Virus record (IMG/VR): IMGVR_UViG_3300030116_005269
Location: 62,001 to 85,160 of that record
Source of the DNA: an uncultured virus (IMG/VR IMGVR_UViG_3300030116_005269)
Lineage: Duplodnaviria; Heunggongvirae; Uroviricota; Caudoviricetes
DNA length: 23,160 bases
Reading direction: 5' to 3' (one strand)
Shown here one piece after another: positions 8,042 to 14,974 of this stretch. The first letter of the stretch is position 1. Each line of letters opens with the position of its first letter. Below the pieces are notes generated by a model that was not told the origin of the DNA, made no database searches, and saw nothing but the letters and a program-made list of their open reading frames with translations. The position numbers were made by a program, and so were the translations under genes.

Positions 8042-8352
8042 ATATGGGACAAAACACAATAGGAATTGATAAAGGTGTTTATAAAGCGAACATTGAAAAT
8101 GACATTGAGGAATTAAATTCATTAATCGGCTCTAGGATTTTAGAAGTAAAAGCTTGTAAGAGTGATTATGGATTTGACTTCACTATGTTAAAGACCGATA
8201 AGACTTGGGAACAAGACGGAAAACCCGTCTATCTCATAATTAGCCAAGACGCCGAATTAAATGGTGGTGGGTTTATTGGTTTCGCCAATGTTGAGAAAAA
8301 GAACTCGCCTTTTGAGTTGGTAAAGTTTAGCGACAAGAAACGAGGTTTTTAA
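8038..8352 (+). CDS. Hypothetical protein
   Basis: 104-aa ORF (start may be ATG 8044), followed by a terminator. Confidence 0.75.
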   Translation: MNMGQNTIGIDKGVYKANIENDIEELNSLIGSRILEVKACKSDYGFDFTMLKTDKTWEQDGKPVYLIISQDAELNGGGFIGFANVEKKNSPFELVKFSDKKRGF

Positions 8353-8373
8353 CCCCTATACGATACGGAAAAA

Positions 8374-8401
8374 GCCCCCGACTAGTTCGGGGGTTTTTTT
8401 T
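8374..8401 (+). terminator. Intrinsic terminator
   Basis: GCCCCCGA-CTAGT-TCGGGGGT plus T tract. Confidence 0.9.
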
Positions 8402-8451
8402 ATGTCTATTGATCTAGCTCGCAGATCAGTATTTTCGTTTATTTTTTATTG

Positions 8452-8475
8452 CATTATGTCGCATTTTCAATCTCG
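8452..8475 (+). repeat. Junction motif copy
   Basis: CATTA-TGTCGC-ATTTTCAATCTCG. Confidence 0.9.
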
Positions 8476-8555
8476 TTCCTATGGGACTTAGTCCCACTCT
8501 CATTTTTTTGAATCGTCTAAGAGCGTTTAAATGGCCTCTTTTTTTGGAAATTGGG

Positions 8556-8594
8556 TTGCAAACGACCGAAATGCGATTATTATTGAATCAAGTA
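8556..8594 (+). promoter_or_regulatory. Module promoter
   Basis: TTGCAA-16-TATTAT-N6-AAGTA. Confidence 0.75.
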
Positions 8595-8616
8595 TCAAAT
8601 AAAGGAAGGAAAGAAA

Positions 8617-9279
8617 ATGCCTAGTTGGTGCAGTAATGATATAACTATCATTGGAACAAACGAGCAACTTACCAAGCTCAAAAAAAAGGTAAAGAATACT
8701 AAAAAAGAAATAAAAGAACGATGGGATAGTGCTGAATTGGATTTCAATAAGTGCTTTCCGTGTCCCGAGATTCTAGAAAAGATACACTCGGGTAGTTCTA
8801 ATATAAATGGAAAACAATATCGTAATTGGATAGAGTTGGATAGCAAAGGAAACTTTGTGGACTTCTTATCGAAAGAGGGTTTCACTTTGTCCATTGGGTT
8901 AGAGGATTTCCATATAGAACAACTCGTAGAGGAATATGGTGCAAGTTGTAGTTATGATTGGCAAGTCGCTAACTACGATACCAAATGGGGTGCTACGGGT
9001 TTCTTTGGTGCAGATAACGACTTCGAGCTAATCAAAAAAGACAAAGACAACACATTTAACGATTTGTATAAGTGGGAAGTCTTTGGTGATACGGCTTGGG
9101 GCGTTGCTGAGGGATTGTGGCAAAAGATTTGCAACGACTTTAGTGTGTCAATGAAAATCCAATTTGGTGGCGAGGTTGAGGCAGGAATATATGTTTGTGT
9201 TCCCGAATCACACAAAACCAAAGAAAGTGGTTATGTCGAAATAGACATAAGCGATTTAAGTGTCGGGGCTACTAGTTAG
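8617..9279 (+). CDS. DUF1281/YubB (Api92-like) ferredoxin-like family protein
   Basis: MPSWCSN.ITIIG, LDFNK..P.P, YDW.VANY.TKW and DTAW match the MPNWCSN...WGTKW...TAW family pattern. Confidence 0.75.
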   Translation: MPSWCSNDITIIGTNEQLTKLKKKVKNTKKEIKERWDSAELDFNKCFPCPEILEKIHSGSSNINGKQYRNWIELDSKGNFVDFLSKEGFTLSIGLEDFHIEQLVEEYGASCSYDWQVANYDTKWGATGFFGADNDFELIKKDKDNTFNDLYKWEVFGDTAWGVAEGLWQKICNDFSVSMKIQFGGEVEAGIYVCVPESHKTKESGYVEIDISDLSVGATS

Positions 9280-9302
9280 CCCCACACGGAAAAGGATCTG
9301 AA

Positions 9303-9470
9303 GTGTTAAAAAAAATAATTAAAGCAATTTATAAAAGTCTTGAAAAAGACATTAAGAAAATGTTTGAGAGCAAATGGGAATACATGGAGCTTGGTAGTAG
9401 CCAAACCGATTTAGTAGAATCTTATGTTCTTAAAACAATAAAAGAAACATTAGAAAGGGAATTGAAGTAG
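9303..9470 (+). CDS. Small hypothetical protein (55 aa)
   Basis: GTG start after AAAGGA; open to TAG at 9470; below ORF-track cutoff. Confidence 0.6.
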   Translation: MLKKIIKAIYKSLEKDIKKMFESKWEYMELGSSQTDLVESYVLKTIKETLERELK

Positions 9471-9628
9471 TGCCGTATATAAACAAAGAAATAATACGAG
9501 ATTTACAAGCCGTTGCGAAGTCGAGCGAATCAATGATCATTGAGGAACTAAGAAAAGATTTAACGCAACTTTTAGCAAGAACTTATGAGAAAGGTGCAGA
9601 TAGGCGTTCTCATAATGATCTCGTTTAG
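9470..9628 (+). CDS. Small hypothetical protein (52 aa, MPYINKEIIRDLQ...)
   Basis: TAGTG stop/start overlap with the upstream ORF. Confidence 0.6.
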   Translation: MPYINKEIIRDLQAVAKSSESMIIEELRKDLTQLLARTYEKGADRRSHNDLV

Positions 9629-9767
9629 TGTTAGGGCTGTATCGCATAATTTATAATTTTTTAGATGAAAGCGAAAACAAGAAAGATTTTTGCAAACACG
9701 GAAAACATAAAATTATGATTTGTGTGAAATGCGAAAAAGACTTACGCACTAAAGGTAGGTAAAGAAT

Positions 9768-9801
9768 CCCCAGACATCAGATCAATGTCTGGGGTTTTCT
9801 T
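9768..9801 (+). terminator. Intrinsic terminator
   Basis: CCCCAGACAT-CAGATCA-ATGTCTGGGG then TTTTCTT. Confidence 0.85.
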
Positions 9802-9822
9802 ATTGCCGTTTGTTTTTTTGTA

Positions 9823-9846
9823 CATTAGTGCAGATTCTCAATCTCG
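9823..9846 (+). repeat. Junction motif copy
   Basis: CATTA-GTGCAG-ATTCTCAATCTCG. Confidence 0.9.
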
Positions 9847-9864
9847 ATTATGCCTATGAGTGAT

Positions 9865-9903
9865 TTGCATTAATATTTAATATGTGTATAATTGAATCAA
9901 GTA
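9865..9903 (+). promoter_or_regulatory. Module promoter
   Basis: TTGCAT-16-TATAAT-N6-AAGTA. Confidence 0.85.
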
Positions 9904-9926
9904 TTGGATAAATGAGAGGATAAGAA

Positions 9927-10547
9927 ATGGGAAATAGAGCAAATACTGTTTTATGGACTAAAGATTCCAACGGACGAATAGAAACAAGCCCAGCGATTTA
10001 TACGCATTGGAGCGAAGATCTACAAGTCGGTATTAAAAAGCTTAGAGATTATTACGAAAGTAATAAAGATAAGGACGCAGGTTGGCATGTCGAGTATCGT
10101 TTAGAGATTCCAAGAGTGTTCCCTAAATTAGTCAATATATTAAGCGAAATGGGTATGAATCCCCAAGTGGAAATGTTTGACTTTAATAAGGACGCAAGAG
10201 ATCTCCCAACGGCTAACGATATGAGAACAATAGCCGATGATCAAGGGCTACACCTTATAGAGATTCCCTCTTTCGAGGTGACTAATAGCGAATATAAACA
10301 CGATAGGCGTATGGACTTAGATTATTCACTTAATCTATTGTTTGAGCCAAACGAAGTCGATTTTTATTCCGTTAAGGTCGATAGAGAGAACGGAACGGAC
10401 TTTGATCTAGAGGAAAACTATAAGATATTAAAAGATTTAATCAAAGGCGAGATAGATTCTTGGCTCGGCGATTTAGGTATCGAAGTTAAATTAGAACTAA
10501 AGAAAGCACATAGGGGGTGGAACGACATAACCGATAAATTTAATTAA
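9927..10547 (+). CDS. Hypothetical phage protein
   Basis: 206-aa ORF, RBS GAGGA; MGNRAN...AIYTHW N-terminus. Confidence 0.8.
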   Translation: MGNRANTVLWTKDSNGRIETSPAIYTHWSEDLQVGIKKLRDYYESNKDKDAGWHVEYRLEIPRVFPKLVNILSEMGMNPQVEMFDFNKDARDLPTANDMRTIADDQGLHLIEIPSFEVTNSEYKHDRRMDLDYSLNLLFEPNEVDFYSVKVDRENGTDFDLEENYKILKDLIKGEIDSWLGDLGIEVKLELKKAHRGWNDITDKFN

Positions 10548-10566
10548 AAAACTGAAAGATAGAAAG

Positions 10567-10592
10567 AGGGGCAGAAATGCCCCTTTTTTTTT
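10567..10592 (+). terminator. Intrinsic terminator
   Basis: AGGGGCA-GAAA-TGCCCCT plus T tract. Confidence 0.9.
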
Positions 10593-10642
10593 GCCCTAAT
10601 TGTTAGATCTTGATCACTCGTATCACCATATCTTTTTTATTA

Positions 10643-10770
10643 CATTAGTGGACATTTTCAATCCCGTTTTTTTGTAATTTTATTATTGCTGATTCTCAAT
10701 CCCTTATGACGCAGATCTAATCCCGTTTTTTATATTTTTTTTAAACCATTATTGCATTTTTTCAATCTCT
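10643..10770 (+). repeat. Cluster of junction motif copies closing the array
   Basis: CATTA-GTGGAC-ATTTTCAATCCCG (10643), TATTA-TTGCTG-ATTCTCAATCCCT (10681), CATTA-TTGCAT-TTTTTCAATCTCT (10747), plus a partial copy ending AATCCCG near 10725. Confidence 0.85.
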
Positions 10771-10784
10771 GTTATAGTAAAGAC

Positions 10785-10858
10785 GAAAGCTAAATTTCTT
10801 TCTCTCTCAAAGATAATTTGCTAATCCAATAGAAAACCCACCTTAACGGTGGGTTTTC
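10785..10858 (+). ncRNA. Candidate small RNA (hairpin with CU-rich loop plus terminator)
   Basis: Extended -10 TGtTATAGT at 10770-10778; imperfect hairpin 10788-10822; terminator 10832-10858; no ORF. Confidence 0.35.
10832..10858. terminator. Bidirectional intrinsic terminator
   Basis: GAAAACCCACC-TTAAC-GGTGGGTTTTC, where the array meets the leftward operon. Confidence 0.85.
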
Positions 10859-11074
10859 AATTTTGTCGTTGGCGACAAGTTAAAAATTGCAGGTTAGAAG
10901 TATTTTACTTCTAAGTACCCTCTTAAATTTACAACTAGTTGATCATAAATTGTGAGCATCTCCCTGCAAACTAAAGGGCTAGGTTTTCTTATACTATACA
11001 CTACATTTAGTATTCAAATTTGTACACATAATACAAATAGTCATCATTATCTAAATAACTTTGTCTAGCCCTAG

Positions 11075-11150
11075 TGGAGCAGGGGGGAATTGCACCCCCG
11101 TAGTAAAGGTTGTTAATTGGGAACACCCTAAACTCGACTATCACTGCCCC
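11075..11150 (-). ncRNA. tRNA-like RNA resembling the tRNA-like domain of tmRNA with no tag reading frame
   Basis: Acceptor stem GGGGCAG/CUGCUCC with G3:U70 and discriminator A; T arm GGGGG-UGCAAUU-CCCCC; no D stem; UCGA before the central helix. Confidence 0.65.
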
Positions 11151-11791
11151 TATAAATCTAGTTGTTCTTTAATCCACGAGATTAACTCTTGTGGACTATT
11201 AGTCCCTAGATCTTCTAATTTTTTTGACTCCCAATCATAAAAATAATCGGCGTCAACACCAAACTTATATCTACCGAACTTAAATCTAACGGTAGTTTCG
11301 TCCTCTTCGTCCTCGATCTCTTCATCTTCAAAGACTTTAGACTCCATATTCTTTAAAATTCCGTCAATATCGTCTAAATCAAAGCCCGTACCCGACAAAT
11401 CGGTTGTTTCAGTTGCTACTCTTTGTAGAAGATCAACTAACTCACCCTCTTTCCAACCACCTGCAATGGTAAGTTGGTTTGACGCAATCAAGTATGCTTC
11501 TGCCTCTTCGTCGCTTTCAAAACTTATACCACAAATAACAGGTACTAACCAATTACCCTCGTCATCAACTTTTATGTTTTTAGGAACAATAGAGTCACTT
11601 TCGCTTGATAATTGTTTTAAAGTTTCTAAACGACCGTGACCTGCTACAAGTTTACCCGTAGTTTCGTTCCTTACGGGTGGCTCAGTAAACCCAAATCTTT
11701 TAATAGACATATAGATCTCCCCAATGTCATGATCTTTTGGATTTGCGTCAGCAGGTAATATTTCGTCTAATTTTAAATATTCTAATTTCAT
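11150..11791 (-). CDS. ParB/Srx N-terminal domain protein
   Basis: NPKDH...SIKRFGFTEP...LVAGHGRLE and AYLIASNQL. Confidence 0.85.
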   Translation of the reverse strand: MKLEYLKLDEILPADANPKDHDIGEIYMSIKRFGFTEPPVRNETTGKLVAGHGRLETLKQLSSESDSIVPKNIKVDDEGNWLVPVICGISFESDEEAEAYLIASNQLTIAGGWKEGELVDLLQRVATETTDLSGTGFDLDDIDGILKNMESKVFEDEEIEDEEDETTVRFKFGRYKFGVDADYFYDWESKKLEDLGTNSPQELISWIKEQLDL

Positions 11792-12217
11792 TTAAAATGG
11801 AGCTTCTCCTTCGGCGATCTCCTCTACGGGTCTAGCTTGTGGTTGTGTAGGTTGTTGATTATTTTTTAAAATACCAACAGCACCAAACACGGTAGATACA
11901 GCAACCTCGTCGGCTATTACTGTATAATTTTTAGCTTTAGTTCCGTCTTTTTTTTCATAGGTTGATTGTTCTAACTTACCTTTTATTATTACAGGTAAAG
12001 ATTTAACACCAACCTCAAAACAATCTGCGACATGATCTGCTAAATTGCTATTTCTATTTGGATTATTGAAAACAACAATATCATACCAAGCGTCGTCTTT
12101 ATCGCTACCCTGATAGATCTTCAATGCTCCTTTAGTGAAAAAGTTTCCACTATTTGCTTGTTTATATTCTATGTTGCATAAAGTACCACTCAATACAACT
12201 TCGTTAGGAAACGCCAT
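11792..12217 (-). CDS. ssb: Single-stranded DNA-binding protein
   Basis: OB-fold pattern (VVLSG.L, WYDIVVF, VIIKGKLEQSTYEKKDG, VIADEVAVS) and acidic tail ending in PF. Confidence 0.9.
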   Translation of the reverse strand: MAFPNEVVLSGTLCNIEYKQANSGNFFTKGALKIYQGSDKDDAWYDIVVFNNPNRNSNLADHVADCFEVGVKSLPVIIKGKLEQSTYEKKDGTKAKNYTVIADEVAVSTVFGAVGILKNNQQPTQPQARPVEEIAEGEAPF

Positions 12218-12704
12218 TACTATCCTCCTCGCTTACTCGTTCCATTACTCTTGTTAAAGTACTGTTAGCCATACCAAACTTTTCAATGTATTTTTCTTTA
12301 CCACCATTGTTCCACTCCAAATCATATTCAAAGTCCTCGTGCTTTTCTTGTGTACCTTTTAGGTATCTTTCCCTACCAAAATGATACATACCCTCTGCGA
12401 CACTTTCCCAACCCTGTGACTCAATATACTCTTGTAAAGAACAAGAGTGTTGTTCAAGTCTTGGGACATCTTCTACACTAAGGTCATATCTTTGTATTTC
12501 CATAGCAGATGAAAATATTTGACTAGGGTTTGGTGGAAAATTAGCACCACTTTTAAAAGATTGCTCAATAGCTTTTTCTACATAAGTTGCACTAATACCT
12601 TTTAAATCGTTATAAACATTTTTGATCGTGTCGTCTGTCCAATTAAAATTCGGCCATTTTAATTTCATAACATGAACTATTTGCGTCCATTCATTAGCAG
12701 TCAT
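12204..12704 (-). CDS. Putative replicative helicase loader/inhibitor-like protein
   Basis: MT..EW..I......WP N-terminus and FPP.PSQI motif; lies directly after the initiator-like gene. Confidence 0.5.
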   Translation of the reverse strand: MTANEWTQIVHVMKLKWPNFNWTDDTIKNVYNDLKGISATYVEKAIEQSFKSGANFPPNPSQIFSSAMEIQRYDLSVEDVPRLEQHSCSLQEYIESQGWESVAEGMYHFGRERYLKGTQEKHEDFEYDLEWNNGGKEKYIEKFGMANSTLTRVMERVSEEDSNGVS

Positions 12705-13429
12705 GAGTTATCAACCTCCTTAGCCCACTCTTGCAATTCGTTGTGACTTTTGTAATGTCCAACTCTTTTTATATTCTTTTGGCGATCTTGATCTGTTATT
12801 ATTTCAGCATATCTATTCCAACCACCACTTAACGCTTGTGGGGTTGGTCGCTCACCATATTTTATAAAATAATTTAAACCTCTTGTATGTATGTCATCAG
12901 CATTACCACCTGCGTCTTGTATTTGCTTTATAGCGTTGTTTATACGCCCTCTTTCGTCTTTAGCAAGACTTTGTTTAAGTTCTTCGTAAGACTTTCCATA
13001 AACAACCTCACACATTGCTTTAAACATTTCTGCTAAGTCACTAGCATCTAATTCTTTATTGACTTTAGTTATTTCACTCTTTTGAGTTCTATAAGCCCTT
13101 TGTCGTTCTTTATTTTTAGTCCTTTGCTCTAACAAAGCACCGTGATAATCTTCCCAATCGTGTACGATTAAAGATTTTTCTTGTTGGTCTAACCAACCTG
13201 TTTCGACTAATGCGTTTACATATTTGTCATTATCGCCATCAAACCTACTAGCTTTAGCAATCATATTTTTGTATCGTGTAAGATCTCCTGTTTCAGCATA
13301 ATTTAGACACCACCACCATAAATAATGTAAATGCCCTATTGCTTGTGCAGGATGAATTTCTAACAGATTGCTTAGTAAGTCAACTTTTGGATGTTGCGAT
13401 AGCGTTTCATCACTCTTGATCCAAGCCAT
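12701..13429 (-). CDS. Putative replication initiator
   Basis: Start ATG 13429 (MAWIKSDETLSQHPKV); LVETGWLD...IVHDWEDY..RTKNKERQRAYR resembles phage replisome-organiser N-termini. Confidence 0.65.
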   Translation of the reverse strand: MAWIKSDETLSQHPKVDLLSNLLEIHPAQAIGHLHYLWWWCLNYAETGDLTRYKNMIAKASRFDGDNDKYVNALVETGWLDQQEKSLIVHDWEDYHGALLEQRTKNKERQRAYRTQKSEITKVNKELDASDLAEMFKAMCEVVYGKSYEELKQSLAKDERGRINNAIKQIQDAGGNADDIHTRGLNYFIKYGERPTPQALSGGWNRYAEIITDQDRQKNIKRVGHYKSHNELQEWAKEVDNS

Positions 13430-13784
13430 GTTGTTCTTTCTCCTTTTCCCAATTACAAAGTAGTCCCTCAACAACTTTTTCTAAATCACTAATCCGTGTT
13501 AATAAGATTCCGTCGCCTGTTCCACTTGGCATACATATCATAGCGAAAGGTTTATCGTTTGTCATGCCTTCCGTGTTATTAATTTTTTTTCTTACTTCGT
13601 CCTCAACACGAAAAAAGTGACTTGCTATTGTATTTACTTGCTTACCACTTTTAACTTCAAATTGCACCTCCGAGTTCCAAAGCTCTTCATCTAAATTAGA
13701 CGCACCAAATTCTCTATCGGGTACTTTTAAAAGCTTTCTTGCTCGTTCTTGTAATTTGAATCCTGATTGTTTTGCATCACTCAT
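13410..13784 (-). CDS. Holliday-junction-resolvase-like PD-(D/E)XK protein, paralog B
   Basis: G..LQER, FEVKSGKQ, KPFAMI. Confidence 0.55.
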   Translation of the reverse strand: MSDAKQSGFKLQERARKLLKVPDREFGASNLDEELWNSEVQFEVKSGKQVNTIASHFFRVEDEVRKKINNTEGMTNDKPFAMICMPSGTGDGILLTRISDLEKVVEGLLCNWEKEKEQHGLDQE

Positions 13785-14011
13785 ACGAAAAAGTTTCCCT
13801 GATTTTTAGGTTTTTCTACAACAAGCTCCATAAGAGGTTTTTTACTTAGGATCATACTCTTGTTAAAGTCTTCGGTCATTTTTAATTCGTCGTCGTCTGT
13901 AATCAAATCTTCTTCGTCAACCCATAAGACCGTACAATCGCTTACATAAGCCCAATCTTTGTCTTGTATATTATGTCTATCGTGGAAAACTATAATTGGA
14001 GTCAAACTCAT
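13781..14011 (-). CDS. Hypothetical protein
   Basis: ATG 14011 with ATGA overlaps on both sides. Confidence 0.7.
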   Translation of the reverse strand: MSLTPIIVFHDRHNIQDKDWAYVSDCTVLWVDEEDLITDDDELKMTEDFNKSMILSKKPLMELVVEKPKNQGNFFV

Positions 14012-14517
14012 TCGTAGATCTCCCAATTTTCTATAAATCCCTGAACAACATTTTCTATATCACTAATTCTAAACATAACTAAACCGTCACTTGTACCGTC
14101 AGGTTTTAAAACTGCTACAAAAGGTTTGCTACCGTGTCCGTATTCACTTAGGTTTGCGTTAGATTGTTCCTCTAACTTTAAAAATTTAGTCCAATGAGTT
14201 TGTATTTGTTTACCTGCTTTTACTTCAAACCTTAACGATCCACGCCAATTTTCCTCATTTCCCATATTTGATCGAAACTTTGCATTAGGAATTTTAAGTT
14301 GCTTACGGGCTTCATTTTGTTTACGCATACCTTTATTACGAGATCTCTTTCCTCTTTTTTGTGCCTCCGTCCAATTAGAAGTATCTTTTTTATTTTTTTG
14401 GCCGATACCTGATCCTTTTCCTTCTTCTTCAGCTTTACGCCTTTTCCAATCGCTGTAAGTTTCGTCAGGTCTTATGTCAAATTCTCTATTGTTCGGTTTC
14501 CTTACTTGTCCTGCCAT
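14008..14517 (-). CDS. Holliday-junction-resolvase-like PD-(D/E)XK protein, paralog A
   Basis: RSRNKG, FEVKAGKQ, KPFVAV; aligns by eye with 13410-13784. Confidence 0.55.
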   Translation of the reverse strand: MAGQVRKPNNREFDIRPDETYSDWKRRKAEEEGKGSGIGQKNKKDTSNWTEAQKRGKRSRNKGMRKQNEARKQLKIPNAKFRSNMGNEENWRGSLRFEVKAGKQIQTHWTKFLKLEEQSNANLSEYGHGSKPFVAVLKPDGTSDGLVMFRISDIENVVQGFIENWEIYE

Positions 14518-14974
14518 CACTATCCTTTTTCTTTTTATGCTTTAAAATATTTTCAAACATTTCCCAATGTTTTGTTTGTGGTACAGTTGGGCTACCCATT
14601 TCTGTCCATAATAGGAAAATATCATTTTTTTGACTTGGTTTTTCAATAAAATTTATAAGATCGTCAACATTTTTAAAGTGATCTATTTCCCTTAAAACTT
14701 TTACAAATGTAATAAAAGTATTCCATTCTTTCATTACACTCTCGACACGCTCCATTAACATTCCGTTATACCAATCATATTGCTTACGCTCGTAGATGTA
14801 TTCAGCTTGTTTTAACAATTCGTTTGTAATTAAACCTCTTAAAGACTCGGGTAAAACACTACCAAACGCTGAGAATTGTGAGGGGCAGTCAGCAACGCAA
14901 TCAACAAACTCACTAGCATTACAATAGTGGCACTTCTCACTCTCTTTGCGTTCAAACTTATCTTTACTACTCAT
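14486..14974 (-). CDS. Hypothetical protein
   Basis: 162-aa ORF in a tightly packed operon; N-terminal Cys cluster. Confidence 0.75.
   Translation of the reverse strand: MSSKDKFERKESEKCHYCNASEFVDCVADCPSQFSAFGSVLPESLRGLITNELLKQAEYIYERKQYDWYNGMLMERVESVMKEWNTFITFVKVLREIDHFKNVDDLINFIEKPSQKNDIFLLWTEMGSPTVPQTKHWEMFENILKHKKKKDSDGRTSKETEQ

Noticed and set aside
6821..9704. Short ACGGAA/ACGATAC words after stop codons (near 6823, 8359, 9286, 9698)
   Set aside because: Too short to distinguish from chance without statistics.
2951..10770. Junction motif as a CRISPR repeat or classical integron attC
   Set aside because: Copies are up to ~1.5 kb apart with whole genes between them; no cas or intI gene; no RYYYAAC...GTTRRRY hairpin; modules have their own promoters.
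11075..11150. Canonical tRNA-Leu(CAA) or tRNA-Ala
   Set aside because: No D stem, no U33 or purine 37 in the central loop, and an Ala-type acceptor that does not match the loop triplet.
11150..11791. ParB-like gene plus the motifs as a parABS partition system
   Set aside because: No ParA in the window, no clear HTH in the protein, and the motif is not palindromic; such ParB-N proteins are common in phages.
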